Source: Chloroflexota bacterium (GTDB lineage: Bacteria; Chloroflexota; Limnocylindria; Limnocylindrales; CSP1-4). From it: a DNA stretch of 64,000 nucleotides. Both the position numbers and the translations under genes were made by a program. Positions 37,793 to 48,020 of this stretch are shown piece by piece (positions within the stretch are counted from its first letter, which is position 1; the number at the start of each line of letters is the position of its first letter). The notes under the pieces are model-generated. The model was not told where the DNA came from, did no database searches, and was given only the letters and a program-made list of their open reading frames with translations. Where the stretch lies: the NCBI GenBank assembly GCA_016191425.1, contig JACPOR010000008.1, forward strand, positions 13,835 to 77,834, in the 5' to 3' direction.

Positions 37793-40048
37793 ATGCCATT
37801 CGTTGCCCCTCTTGCCCTCCTCGGACTGCTCTTCATCCCGGCCGTCATCGCCATGTACCTGCTCAAGCTGCGGCGAGCTGAGACGGTGGTGTCGTCGACG
37901 CTGCTCTGGCAGCGCCTGGTGGCAGACGTCGAGGCCAACGCGCCATGGCAGCGCCTGCGGCGGAGCCTGCTCATGTTGCTGCAGCTGCTCCTCGTGCTGC
38001 TGTTGGCGCTCCTCGCGGCCCGCCCGTTCCTCGAGCGACCCGCCGGGCTCGCCACGGATCTCGTCATGGTCATCGACACGTCGGCCAGCATGGGCGCCAC
38101 CGACGTGTCACCGGATCGCCTGACCGCGGCGACGCAGAAGGCCATCGAGGCGCTGCGCGACCTGCCCGCCGGCGGCAAGGTCAGTGTCGTCGCGGCCGGT
38201 CGAACGGCACGAGTCGTCGTGAACGCAACCGCGGATCTCGGCCGCGTGCGGGCGGCGCTCGAGGGGCTGCGTGTCAGCCCGGCCACGGGCGATCTCGGTG
38301 ACGCGCTCGTCCTTGCCGACGCCCTCGCGTCGCGCTCCGGGGACGCCGAGATCCTCGTGGCGACGGACGCGGCTCTGGCGATTCCCCCGACGACGCGGAT
38401 CGAGCACACCGTGAAGGTCCTTCAGGTCGGGCGCGACGGACGGAACCAGGCCATCGTGGCGTTGGCCGTCCGGCAGGGTGCGTCCGGAGTCAGCCGATCC
38501 GTGTTCGTGAGCATCGCGAACCTGGCTCTGCAGACAGCCCAACGACGACTCCAGGTATTCGGCGACGGGGTGCTGCTCGAGGCTCGGGACCTCCTCCTCG
38601 ATCCCCAGACGAGGGCCGAGGCGACGATCGATGACATCCCGTTCGGCGTTGCCGTGATCGAGGTCCGCCTGGATCGTTCAGGCGGTGCGCCAGACGTCCT
38701 GGCGCTCGATGACCGCGCCTGGGCAATCGTCCCGCCGGAGCGACTTCGCCGCATCCTCCTCGTATCGGACGGCGACCCCTACCTGGAGACGGCGCTCACG
38801 TACCTGCCCAACACGGAGCTCTACGGGGTGAAGGTGGCGGACTACGGCCCCGCGACCCATCCGGAGCTGTTCAACCTCATCATCTTCGAAGGCACCCTGC
38901 CGGCCGAGTTGCCCGCGACGCCAGTCCTGTCGATCGCTCCGACATCGTCGTCGGTGCTCGGCGAGGTCGTCGGCACCCTGAAGGATCCGGCCATCGGATC
39001 GCTCGATCCCGCGGAACCGGTCCTCCGCTACGTGGACCTGTCCACGACGCACGTGGGGACCGCAGTCAAGCTCGCCCTGCCGGCCTGGGCGAGGACGGTC
39101 ATTCCGGGGCCCGCCGGAGCACCCCTCCTGTATGCGGGAACGGTGAGCGGCAGGCCGGCCGCGGTCCTCGCGTTCGAGCCACGCCTGTCGGACCTGCCCC
39201 TCCAGGTGGCCTTTCCGATCCTCGTCTCGAACCTCGTCGGGGAGTTGATGGGTGGCTCTTCGACGCCGTCACAGGCCCTGGAGCCCGGCAGCCCCGTCAC
39301 GCTCCCGCTGCCCGCCGGCGCGACGGGGCTGAAGGTCACGAAGCCCGGTGGCGAGACGGTCGATCTCCAGCCGGGCACGCCCGGCGGCGGCAGCGCGAGC
39401 TTCAGCCAGACGGACCAGCTGGGCGTGTACAGCGCGGTCCCGATCCTGGATGCGTCGGCCACGCCCAATTCCGCGGCGCCCGTCGTCACGGCAACCCCGA
39501 GCACCACAGCCACGTCGAGCGCCGCGACGGGCCTCGCCTCCCCGACCCCGGTTCCGACGCCACCATCCGCCGACCCGAACGCCCCCGTCCGGTTCGCCAT
39601 CGATTTGTTCGATCCGGCGGAGTCGAACATCATTCCCGGGTCGGCGGCGGCCATCGTGGCGCTTGGCGGCGGGCTGACATCGGGCCCCGATCGATCCGCC
39701 GGGTCGGCTCCCCTGCCATCGGCACCGTCGGGATCGCCCGCGCCATCGTCCGCATCGCCGGCGCCATCCGGTGCCAGTGCCGGGGCCGGGGCCGGTGCCG
39801 GTGCCGGGGCCGGTGCCGGGGCCGGTGCCGGTGCCGGTGCCGTAACCGACCGCCCGGCGGCACGGGATGAGCTCTGGATCCCGATCGTCCTCCTGGTCCT
39901 CCTCGTGCTCATGGTCGAGTGGCTCACCTACCAGCGCGACGCGGCCACCCGGCTGTGGCGGGCCATGCGCGCTCGAGTCGGCCTGGCGCCGCCAGCCTCG
40001 CCCGGGACCGGGACGCCCGCGACCCACGAGTCACGGCGCGACCGCTGA
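37793..40048 (+). CDS. BatA-domain / vWA membrane protein
   Basis: PLALLGLL...YLLKLRR...SSTLLW...LAARP BatA N-terminus, IDTSASM MIDAS, SDLPLQVAFP, C-terminal TM ending VEW. Confidence 0.93.
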   Translation: MPFVAPLALLGLLFIPAVIAMYLLKLRRAETVVSSTLLWQRLVADVEANAPWQRLRRSLLMLLQLLLVLLLALLAARPFLERPAGLATDLVMVIDTSASMGATDVSPDRLTAATQKAIEALRDLPAGGKVSVVAAGRTARVVVNATADLGRVRAALEGLRVSPATGDLGDALVLADALASRSGDAEILVATDAALAIPPTTRIEHTVKVLQVGRDGRNQAIVALAVRQGASGVSRSVFVSIANLALQTAQRRLQVFGDGVLLEARDLLLDPQTRAEATIDDIPFGVAVIEVRLDRSGGAPDVLALDDRAWAIVPPERLRRILLVSDGDPYLETALTYLPNTELYGVKVADYGPATHPELFNLIIFEGTLPAELPATPVLSIAPTSSSVLGEVVGTLKDPAIGSLDPAEPVLRYVDLSTTHVGTAVKLALPAWARTVIPGPAGAPLLYAGTVSGRPAAVLAFEPRLSDLPLQVAFPILVSNLVGELMGGSSTPSQALEPGSPVTLPLPAGATGLKVTKPGGETVDLQPGTPGGGSASFSQTDQLGVYSAVPILDASATPNSAAPVVTATPSTTATSSAATGLASPTPVPTPPSADPNAPVRFAIDLFDPAESNIIPGSAAAIVALGGGLTSGPDRSAGSAPLPSAPSGSPAPSSASPAPSGASAGAGAGAGAGAGAGAGAGAGAVTDRPAARDELWIPIVLLVLLVLMVEWLTYQRDAATRLWRAMRARVGLAPPASPGTGTPATHESRRDR

Positions 40049-43000
40049 TGGGCATTCGGTTCGAGACGCCCGCATGGCTGCTTGTGCTGATCCCGATCCT
40101 GCTCATCATTTTCGTCCCGCACCTGGCCGCGCGTCGTCGCGTCGGCGTGGCGCGGCGCCGGGCGGCCCTTGCGGTTCGAACGGTCGTGGTCGCTTCCCTG
40201 GTCTTCGCCCTCGCCGGTTTCCAGCTCGTGCTGCCGGTCGATCGACTGGCGACGGTCTTCGTCGTGGATCTGTCCGACTCGGTCGGCCCCGCCGGACGCG
40301 CGTCCGCCCTGGCGTTCCTCCGCGAGAGCCTCGCCGTCATGCCCGACGGCGACGCGGCGGGGGTCGTGGCGTTCGGCAAAGACGCCCTCGTCGAGCGCCT
40401 GCCCGAGGAGATCCGCCAGATCGAGCGAATTCGATCCACGCCGGTGACCGCGGCGACCGATGTCGGCGGTGCCCTGCGGCTTGCCTCGGCCCTGTTCCCG
40501 GATGAGATGCAGAAACGGATCGTCCTGATCTCGGACGGCAACGACACGACGGGCCGGGGTCAGCAGGAGGCCGCCCTGGCGGCGACCCGAGGGATTCAGG
40601 TCGAGACGCGGCTCGTCGGTGTCGAGCAACGTGATGAGGTCCTGGTGGAGCGGGTCCAGGCGCCATCGACGGCGCGGCTGGGCGAAACGATCGAGGTTGC
40701 CGCGACGGTGGTCTCCAGCGTGGCGCAATCGGCGGTCGTCCAGTTGTATGCAGACGGGCAACTCGCCGATACCCAGGCCGTCGACCTCCTCGAAGGCTCG
40801 AATCGGCTGGTCTTCGACGTCAAGCCCGCCGAGGCAGGATTCCATACCTTCCGGGTGGTCGTGGAGGCCGCCCGCGACACGTTCAGCCAGAACAACCGAG
40901 CCGACGCCAACACGATCGTCAAGGGCGAGCCCCGGATCCTCGTCCTGGCCGGCAACGCCGATGTCGCCGCAGAGCTCGTCTCGGCGCTCACGATTGAAGG
41001 GCAGAACGTCGAATCGATCGTGCCGGAAGCCCTCCCATCGAACTTCTCCGGGCTCGCGAACTACGACAGTGTCGTGATGGTGGATGTCCCCCGGATCCGC
41101 ATGAGCGATCGACAGCTCGCGGCGCTCCAGGTCTACGTCCGAGATCTGGGGCGTGGCCTCGTCATGGTCGGCGGCCCGGACAGCTTCGGGGCCGGCGGCT
41201 ATGCGAAGACGACACTCGAGGAGACGCTGCCGGTCGACATGGGCGTCCGCAATCGCCAGCAGGAGCCCGATGTGGCACTGGTCGTGGTGATTGACAAGTC
41301 CGGGTCGATGGACGCCTGTCATTGCAACTCGTTCGGGGGCGGGCAGGGTGGCGGCCAGCTACAGGGCGTACGCAAGGTCGACATCGGCAAGGAAGCCATC
41401 CTGCGGGCCGCGGCGGCCCTCACGGCTCGCGACGAACTCGGCGTGGTGGCCTTCGATGATTCGGCCCATTGGGTGGTCCAGACGAAGCCCCTCGGCCAGA
41501 TCTCCGACCTGCAGGGACAGATCGGCGGCATCAACCCGCTGGGTACCACGAACATCTTCGCGGGGCTGGACCAGGCGGTCACGTCGCTGGAGAAGGCGAC
41601 GGCGACGCGCCGGCACATCATCCTGCTGACCGACGGCTGGTCGCGGTCCGGCCAGTACGACGAGATCATCGCGCGGATGAAGGCGGCCGGTATCACATTG
41701 TCCACGGTGGGTGCCGGCGGCGGCGCGAATCCGTTTCTCGAGCAGCTCGCGACGCAGGGCGGGGGCCGCTTCTACGCCGCGGCCAATCCCGCCGCAATCC
41801 CGGACATCTTCCTCAAGGAGACGGAGCAGGTCGCCGGCCAGCAGATCGTCGAGGAACCGTTCTTCCCGATCCAGACCAGCTCCTCGCCCATCCTCCGCGG
41901 CCTCACGGACGGCTTTCCTCAGCTGCTCGGCTACAACGGGACGACGGCCAAGTCAGCCGCCCAGTCTGTCCTGGTCACGGCCCGCGACGACCCGCTTCTC
42001 GCCCAGTGGCAGTACGGTCTCGGGCGGAGCGTGGCCTGGACCTCCGACTCAACGGGTCGCTGGGCGCGAAGCTGGATCACCTGGCCGGGGTTCTCGAAGT
42101 TCTTCAGCCAACTTGTCGGATGGACCTTCCCCGGGGAGGAAGCGGGCGGGATCGAGGCCTCGTTCGACGTCAAGGACGGCCGGACGACCCTCCACGTGGA
42201 GTCGGTGCAATCGGACGGGTCCCCGCGTGACTTCTACAGCACCTCCGCGGTCCTCGTCGGACCTGACCTCAAACCCGTCGAAACGGACCTCGACCAGGTC
42301 GCTCCCGGCGTCTACGAGAAGGACCTGGGTGAGATCGGCGCGGGCGCCTACGCCGTGCGAATCACCCAGATCCGCCCCGGCAGCCCGGCCCTGGGACGGA
42401 CCGTCGGCCTGGTGGCACCGGTGGCTGCCGAGTACCGGCTGCTCGGGGCGAACGAGCCCCTGCTGGCCACGCTCCGAGCGGCCACGAATGGCCGGGTGAT
42501 CGCGACGCCCGTGGACCCGTGGCTGCACGACCTCCGGCTGACGTCGTCGTTCACGGAACTCTGGCCGTGGCTCCTGCTTCTGGCGTTGCTCCTCTGGCCG
42601 CTGGACATCGCTCTCCGGCGAGTGTCGCTGGGTCGGCGGGAACTCGCGGACGGATCGGCCTGGCTGGCTCGACGCTGGCGCGGACGCGGGGTCGCCGCGC
42701 CGCGGACGGCGACGGCCGCGGGGATGCTCGCCACTCGGGACCGGGCTGGCGGCGCGAGCGCGCGGGCCGCGATCCTTCGAGCCCACGATGAGGCGCCCGC
42801 GCCCACGGCAGCCGAGGACACGACCGCGCCGCAGCAGGCTGAAGGCACCCGGGCGCAGCAGGCTGAAGGCACCCGGGCGCTGCCACCGTCCCCTGCCCAG
42901 GCGCTGCCACCGGCACCCACCCGGGCGCTGCCGCCGTCCCCTGCCCAGGTGCTGCCACCGGCACCCACCCAGGCGCTGCCACCGTCCCCTGCCCCCGACG

Positions 43001-43062
43001 CGGGCGACGAAGATACGTTGGCCCGCCTGCGGGAAGCCAAGCGACGCGCTCGGGGTGGGTAA
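40048..43062 (+). CDS. Double-vWA membrane protein with glutamine-amidotransferase-like domain
   Basis: VDLSDS and IDKSGSM MIDAS motifs, GLVMVGGPDSFGAGGY, WQYGLGRSVAWTSD, Pro-rich repeated tail. TGATG coupling. Confidence 0.93.
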   Translation: MGIRFETPAWLLVLIPILLIIFVPHLAARRRVGVARRRAALAVRTVVVASLVFALAGFQLVLPVDRLATVFVVDLSDSVGPAGRASALAFLRESLAVMPDGDAAGVVAFGKDALVERLPEEIRQIERIRSTPVTAATDVGGALRLASALFPDEMQKRIVLISDGNDTTGRGQQEAALAATRGIQVETRLVGVEQRDEVLVERVQAPSTARLGETIEVAATVVSSVAQSAVVQLYADGQLADTQAVDLLEGSNRLVFDVKPAEAGFHTFRVVVEAARDTFSQNNRADANTIVKGEPRILVLAGNADVAAELVSALTIEGQNVESIVPEALPSNFSGLANYDSVVMVDVPRIRMSDRQLAALQVYVRDLGRGLVMVGGPDSFGAGGYAKTTLEETLPVDMGVRNRQQEPDVALVVVIDKSGSMDACHCNSFGGGQGGGQLQGVRKVDIGKEAILRAAAALTARDELGVVAFDDSAHWVVQTKPLGQISDLQGQIGGINPLGTTNIFAGLDQAVTSLEKATATRRHIILLTDGWSRSGQYDEIIARMKAAGITLSTVGAGGGANPFLEQLATQGGGRFYAAANPAAIPDIFLKETEQVAGQQIVEEPFFPIQTSSSPILRGLTDGFPQLLGYNGTTAKSAAQSVLVTARDDPLLAQWQYGLGRSVAWTSDSTGRWARSWITWPGFSKFFSQLVGWTFPGEEAGGIEASFDVKDGRTTLHVESVQSDGSPRDFYSTSAVLVGPDLKPVETDLDQVAPGVYEKDLGEIGAGAYAVRITQIRPGSPALGRTVGLVAPVAAEYRLLGANEPLLATLRAATNGRVIATPVDPWLHDLRLTSSFTELWPWLLLLALLLWPLDIALRRVSLGRRELADGSAWLARRWRGRGVAAPRTATAAGMLATRDRAGGASARAAILRAHDEAPAPTAAEDTTAPQQAEGTRAQQAEGTRALPPSPAQALPPAPTRALPPSPAQVLPPAPTQALPPSPAPDAGDEDTLARLREAKRRARGG

Positions 43063-43181
43063 CCGAGGGCGGGTAACCGAGGACGGGAACCGACGGCGGG
43101 CAGGCCGGATCCGACCTGCGCGATCCCGCCGCGTCACGGGTTGCCTTCGACGCACGTAGCCGATCAACGCGGTGACGTCGC

Positions 43182-43218
43182 GACGCTGATCTGAGCCACC
43201 CCTCGCAGATCAGCGTCG
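43182..43218. terminator. Hairpin between convergent genes
   Basis: GACGCTGATCTG / CAGATCAGCGTC 12-bp inverted repeat; no U-tract. Confidence 0.4.
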
Positions 43219-43301
43219 GCCCGTAGTGGGCGGCGTCGCCCGCGGGTCGATCGGCGTCGGCGTGGGCGAGAATCACGGGCAGTCCGGTCGGTTGATCGGG
43301 A

Positions 43302-45410
43302 TCAGCCCGAGCGGCGGGCAACACCCAGAGCGGCGATGGCGCTGACGGCGCCCGGGTCGTCGAGCGAGGACAGATCGCCCGGGTTTTGTCCCAGGAAGGC
43401 CGCTCGAATGACCCGCCGCATCACCTTGCCCGACCTGGTCTTGGGAAGCGCGCGAAGGCAGACGATGAGATCGGGTTTCAGCGCCTTCCCCAGCGAATGC
43501 ACGACCGCCGCCGAGATGTCCGCGCGAAGGCCCGGACCGTCGGCGACGCCCGGCGACAGGACGCAGAAGACCGCGATGGACTCGCCTTTGATGGCATGGG
43601 GAATGCCGATGGCCGCAGCCTCGACCACGGCGGCATGCCCCACGGCGGCGCTTTCCACCTCGGCCGGTCCAACCCGCTTGCCGGCGACCTTGAGCGTGTC
43701 ATCGGACCGACCCTGGATGTACCAGTAGCCGGCCTCGTCGACGAGGGCCCAGTCGCCGTGCACCCATACGCCAGGGAATCTGGACCAGTATGTCTCCACG
43801 TAGCGATGCGGGTCATTCCAGAACCCGCGGGTCATGCCCGGCAACGGCTGTCGAATGACGAGCTCGCCGACGCGCCCTCGAACTGGTTTCCCGTCGGCGT
43901 CCAGCACGTCGGCGGCCACTCCGACGTTCGGGCCGGCGAAGGACATCGGGCGCAGCGGTGTGACGAGGTTGCCGGCCAGGATCCCGCCGGAGACCTCGGT
44001 GCCGCCGCTGTAGTTGATGATCGGGCAGCGGCTCGTGCCGACCTCACGAAAGAACCACCACCACGGGTCCGGGTTCCATGGCTCGCCGGTGGAGCCGAGG
44101 ACGCGCAGGGACGAGCGGTCGTGCGCGCGAACGGGATCGCTGCCGTGCTGCATGAGCGAGCGGATGACCGTTGGACTGAGACCAAGATGGGTGACCCAAT
44201 GGCGCTCGACGATGGACCACAGTCGATCGGGGCCTGGGTAATCGGGAGTGCCTTCGAAGAGCACGAGACGCGCCCCGAGGATCAGGGCACCGGAGATTGC
44301 CCACGGACCCATCATCCAGCCGAGGTCGGTGAACCAGAACAGGCTGTCGCCGGCGCGGAGATCGAAGCAGTGCGCGAGATCCTGCGCGGCCTTGATCGGA
44401 AATCCGCCGTGAACGTGGACCGCGCCCTTTGGTCGGCCGGTGGTCCCGGACGTGTAGATCACCATGTACGGGGCTTCTGGGTCCGTCTCGGGACGCTGAG
44501 GGAAGGCCCGGCCGGTCGCATGGGAAGTCGGCCCGGTCGCGTGCGAAGCGGGCCGGGTCGCGTGCGAAGCTGGCCGCGTGGCCGGCGGACCGGGCCCGGT
44601 GGCCTGCGAGCCGGACCCCTCCACGCCGTCCATCGCGTCCCACCAGCGGTCCCGTTCGGGGTCCCACGGAAGTGCGGGCCGGAGTGCACCGAGCCGGCGA
44701 ACCACGATGATGCGGCGGACGGACGGGGCCAGGGCGACGGCCTCGTCCGCCGTCTCCTTGAGCGGGACGGCGGCCCCGCGGCGGAGGAACCCGTCGGCCG
44801 TGACGAGCAGCGATGCCCCGCAGTCGTTGAGGCGGGCCGCGACGGCCGCCGCACCGTACCCCGAGAAGATCGGCGTGAAGATGGCCTGCAGGAGACCGAG
44901 GGCCAGGACTGCGATCGCGGTCTCGGGGATCATCGGCAGGAGGATCCCGACTCGATCACCCGGCCCGATTCCCTCGGCCGCAAGCATCGCGGCGGCACGC
45001 TCAACGGCCTCGCGCAGCTGCCGGGCGGTGAACCGACGGACCGTGCCGTCCTCCCCTTCCCAGACGAGGGCCTCGGCACCGGGTTCGCGTTCCGCACGCG
45101 GGTCGATCGCCGCGGCGGCGTGGTTGAAGGCACCGCCGACCCACCAGGGCGACCACTCCGGGCCGCCGGCCAAGTCGAGGGTCTGCCGCGGCCGCCGCTG
45201 CCACGGGAGTGCGAGGTCATCGGCGGCGGCACCCCAGAACCAGGCGGGATCCGTTGCGGCCCGGGTCTGGACCGCCGTCAGGTCGGGCAGACCCGTGGCC
45301 GCCACGAACCGGGCAAGACGCGATCCCGCAAGCTCCACGGGACCGGGACGCCAGGCAGCGTCGGGAACGTCCTGTCCGAAGGTCGGCCAGGTCGGGTCGG
45401 GGTCGGGCAC
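43302..45410 (-). CDS. Acetate/acyl-CoA ligase (AMP-forming)
   Basis: YTSGTTGRPKG, DLGWMMG, STGEPW, SGGTE, GRSDDTLKVAGKR, LPKTRSGK. GTG at 45410 is preceded by TAGCAT. Confidence 0.93.
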   Translation of the reverse strand: MPDPDPTWPTFGQDVPDAAWRPGPVELAGSRLARFVAATGLPDLTAVQTRAATDPAWFWGAAADDLALPWQRRPRQTLDLAGGPEWSPWWVGGAFNHAAAAIDPRAEREPGAEALVWEGEDGTVRRFTARQLREAVERAAAMLAAEGIGPGDRVGILLPMIPETAIAVLALGLLQAIFTPIFSGYGAAAVAARLNDCGASLLVTADGFLRRGAAVPLKETADEAVALAPSVRRIIVVRRLGALRPALPWDPERDRWWDAMDGVEGSGSQATGPGPPATRPASHATRPASHATGPTSHATGRAFPQRPETDPEAPYMVIYTSGTTGRPKGAVHVHGGFPIKAAQDLAHCFDLRAGDSLFWFTDLGWMMGPWAISGALILGARLVLFEGTPDYPGPDRLWSIVERHWVTHLGLSPTVIRSLMQHGSDPVRAHDRSSLRVLGSTGEPWNPDPWWWFFREVGTSRCPIINYSGGTEVSGGILAGNLVTPLRPMSFAGPNVGVAADVLDADGKPVRGRVGELVIRQPLPGMTRGFWNDPHRYVETYWSRFPGVWVHGDWALVDEAGYWYIQGRSDDTLKVAGKRVGPAEVESAAVGHAAVVEAAAIGIPHAIKGESIAVFCVLSPGVADGPGLRADISAAVVHSLGKALKPDLIVCLRALPKTRSGKVMRRVIRAAFLGQNPGDLSSLDDPGAVSAIAALGVARRSG

Positions 45411-45477
45411 GGCATCGATGCTAGCAGCAACGACCCCCGTTCCGGCGCCGAACGTCCCGGTCGGATAGCCTCCCTCC

Positions 45478-45942
45478 ATGCACCGCTCGAGCCGCCGGTT
45501 CGTCGCCTTCGTGAGCGTTGCCGCCGTCCTGCTGGCCGGCTGCAGCGCGATCCTGCAGGGTTCTCCGGAGCCGACCCCGATGGACTTTCCGAGCCTGGCT
45601 GGCGAGCTCGCAACTCGAGGCATCGCGCTCGATCGGATCACCTCGGGCGACGATGGCTGCCGTGACAGCACCCTGACAGCCACCGCGATCGGGTTCGATG
45701 CGAGTGGGCTCGGCCTGACGACCCCGGCGCGCCTGCGGATCTACATCTTCCGGAACGGTGAGACCTACGATCGCCGGCGCCCCGATGTCGATCGCTGCGT
45801 CGCGGCCTGGGCTCAGGATCCCGCGACCGTCGAGTTCGTCGACTCGCGACCGTTCGTCCTGGCCGGGCAGGGTCCATGGCCGGCCGCCTTCAAGACGGCG
45901 GTCCGTGGGGCCCTCACCGCGGCGGCGGGCAACGGAGGCTGA
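45478..45942 (+). CDS. Putative lipoprotein
   Basis: Basic N-terminus, hydrophobic stretch and LLAGC lipobox. Confidence 0.8.
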   Translation: MHRSSRRFVAFVSVAAVLLAGCSAILQGSPEPTPMDFPSLAGELATRGIALDRITSGDDGCRDSTLTATAIGFDASGLGLTTPARLRIYIFRNGETYDRRRPDVDRCVAAWAQDPATVEFVDSRPFVLAGQGPWPAAFKTAVRGALTAAAGNGG

Positions 45943-45984
45943 CCAGGTGCTCGGCGATGCCCGTCCCCGCGCTGCCGCGGTCGG

Positions 45985-47151
45985 TCAGAGAATTCGCAGC
46001 CCGAGGATCCGTCGCGCAATGACCAGCCGCTGCACCTGGCTGGTCCCCTCTCCGATCTCGGTGAGCTTCGCGTCGCGCAGGAAGCGTTCGACCGGGTAGT
46101 CGGTGACGTAGCCGTACCCGCCGTGAACCTGGATTGCGGCGTTGGTCGCCCGGCTCGACACTTCGGACGCGAACAGCTTCGCCTCGGCAGCCGCAAGGCT
46201 GAAGTCGCGGCCCTGATCCTTGAGCCAGGCGGCCTTCCATACCAGGGCCCGGGCGGCCTCGATTTCCGTTGCCATGTCCGCGATCATGAACGCCACGCCC
46301 TGGAACGAGCCGATCGGTCGCCCGAACTGTTCCCGGGTCTGGGCGTAGGGCACGGCCGCGTCGAGCGCCGCCTGGGCAAGGCCGACGGCCATGGCGCCGA
46401 TGCTGATCCGGCCACCGTCAAGGATCTTCAGGAACGTCCGGAACCCCTCGCCCTGGGCACCGAGCATGTTCGAGGCGGGGATGCGACAGCCGTCGAAGAA
46501 GAGCTCTCCGGTCGCCGAGGCATGGAGCCCGAGCTTGTCCTCGAGTCGCCCGACGCGGAAGCCCTGGGTCTCGGCCGGCACAATGAACGCCGTGATCTCG
46601 GCCGAGCCATCGCCCTTCGAGCCCGTTCGAGCCGTGACGATGTAGGTACCCGCCTGACCGGCGTTGGTGATGAACCGCTTGCCCCCGTCGATGATCCAGG
46701 TGCCACCGTCAGGCCCGTCCTCGTGGCGCGCCGCTGTTCGGGTCCCACCGGCGTCCGAGCCGGCTCCGGGCTCGGTCAGCCCGTAGCCGCCGAGCACCCG
46801 ACCACTCGCCATCGGCACCAGGAACGCCTGCTGCTGTTCGTGTGTACCGGCGAGATGCAGCGGACCGCAGCCGAGGGACGTGTGGGCCGCGACGATCAGG
46901 CCCAGCGACCCCCAGACGCGACTGATCTCCTCGACCGCGATCGCATAGGCCAGCGTGTCCAGGCCAGCGCCGCCCTCGTCCTCCGGGATCGGGATGCCGA
47001 GCCAGCCCATCTCTCCGAGTCGGCGCACGATCTCGACCGGGAAGCGACGCTCCCGTTCATGGTCGTCGATCACCCGAGCGACCTCGCGTTCCATGAACTC
47101 GCGGATCGTCGATCGAAGCAGTTCGTGCTCCGGCGAGAGATCAAGGTCCAT
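45985..47151 (-). CDS. Acyl-CoA dehydrogenase (short/branched-chain type)
   Basis: GLTEPGAGSDA, KRFITN, LDGGRISIG, AIQVHGGYGY, IGEGTSQVQR. Confidence 0.96.
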   Translation of the reverse strand: MDLDLSPEHELLRSTIREFMEREVARVIDDHERERRFPVEIVRRLGEMGWLGIPIPEDEGGAGLDTLAYAIAVEEISRVWGSLGLIVAAHTSLGCGPLHLAGTHEQQQAFLVPMASGRVLGGYGLTEPGAGSDAGGTRTAARHEDGPDGGTWIIDGGKRFITNAGQAGTYIVTARTGSKGDGSAEITAFIVPAETQGFRVGRLEDKLGLHASATGELFFDGCRIPASNMLGAQGEGFRTFLKILDGGRISIGAMAVGLAQAALDAAVPYAQTREQFGRPIGSFQGVAFMIADMATEIEAARALVWKAAWLKDQGRDFSLAAAEAKLFASEVSSRATNAAIQVHGGYGYVTDYPVERFLRDAKLTEIGEGTSQVQRLVIARRILGLRIL

Positions 47152-47219
47152 GAACGGAGCGTAGCATCCACGACCCGTTCGGCACCGCGCGGGTCCTGTC
47201 TTTCCGCTAGCCTCTCGCC

Positions 47220-48020
47220 ATGCCCGAGCGCGCGCAGCAGGCCGGCTCCGAGTTGCCCGAGACGGTGGCCGGCTCCGAGCGCGCGCAGCAGGCCGGCTCC
47301 GAGTTGCCCGAGACGGTGGCCGTCTCCACGTTCGGCCACGCCCCGACCAACGGCGCCCCGACCGTCATCCCTTCCCCTTCCTCGCTCCGCCGCGCCATCC
47401 TGGTCAACCTCCGCCAACGGGGCCCGATGTCACCCGACGCACTCGCGACCCACCTCGGCGCCAGCAGGACGGGGGTCCTGCAGCAACTCCATGCCCTGGA
47501 AGAGGGCGGGCTGGTCAGCCACCAGTTGGAGCGACACGGTGTCGGACGGCCACGGCATCGGTACGACGTCACTCCCGATGCGCAGGACCTCTTCCCGATG
47601 GACTACGACGGCTTCGCGCTCGGGCTCATCGAGGCGATCTCGGCCGTCGGCGGCGAAGAGCTCCTCGACGAGGTCCTGGCGGCACGGCGGCGTCAACTCG
47701 GAAACCGGATCCGGGAGCGGCTCGTCGAGCGACTCGCGGCGGACGCCCCCCTTGCCGATCGGGTCCGGGAACTTGCCGTCGTCCAGGATGCGGCCGGCTA
47801 CCTTGCCGAGGCAATCATCGGACCGGATGGGACGATCCGTATTCGGGAACACAACTGCGCGATCTACCACGTTTCGCGCGAGGTGAACCTCTGCTGCGAA
47901 GCCGAGCTGGCGCTGTTCCGGTATGTCTGTGGAACCAACGTCGAGCGCGAGACCCACATCGCGGCCGGCGATCGCTCCTGCACGTTCCGGTTCGGCCAGC
48001 CCACGAACCGGCCGGACTAG
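47220..48020 (+). CDS. SufR/ArsR-like winged-helix regulator with Cys-containing effector domain
   Basis: RRAILVNLRQRGPMS...GVGRPRHRY, IREHNCAI, LCCEAEL, GDRSCTF. Confidence 0.88.
   Translation: MPERAQQAGSELPETVAGSERAQQAGSELPETVAVSTFGHAPTNGAPTVIPSPSSLRRAILVNLRQRGPMSPDALATHLGASRTGVLQQLHALEEGGLVSHQLERHGVGRPRHRYDVTPDAQDLFPMDYDGFALGLIEAISAVGGEELLDEVLAARRRQLGNRIRERLVERLAADAPLADRVRELAVVQDAAGYLAEAIIGPDGTIRIREHNCAIYHVSREVNLCCEAELALFRYVCGTNVERETHIAAGDRSCTFRFGQPTNRPD
47224..47322. repeat. 51-bp tandem duplication in the regulator N-terminus
   Basis: Units start at 47224 and 47275, encoding ERAQQAGSELPETVA twice. Confidence 0.9.
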
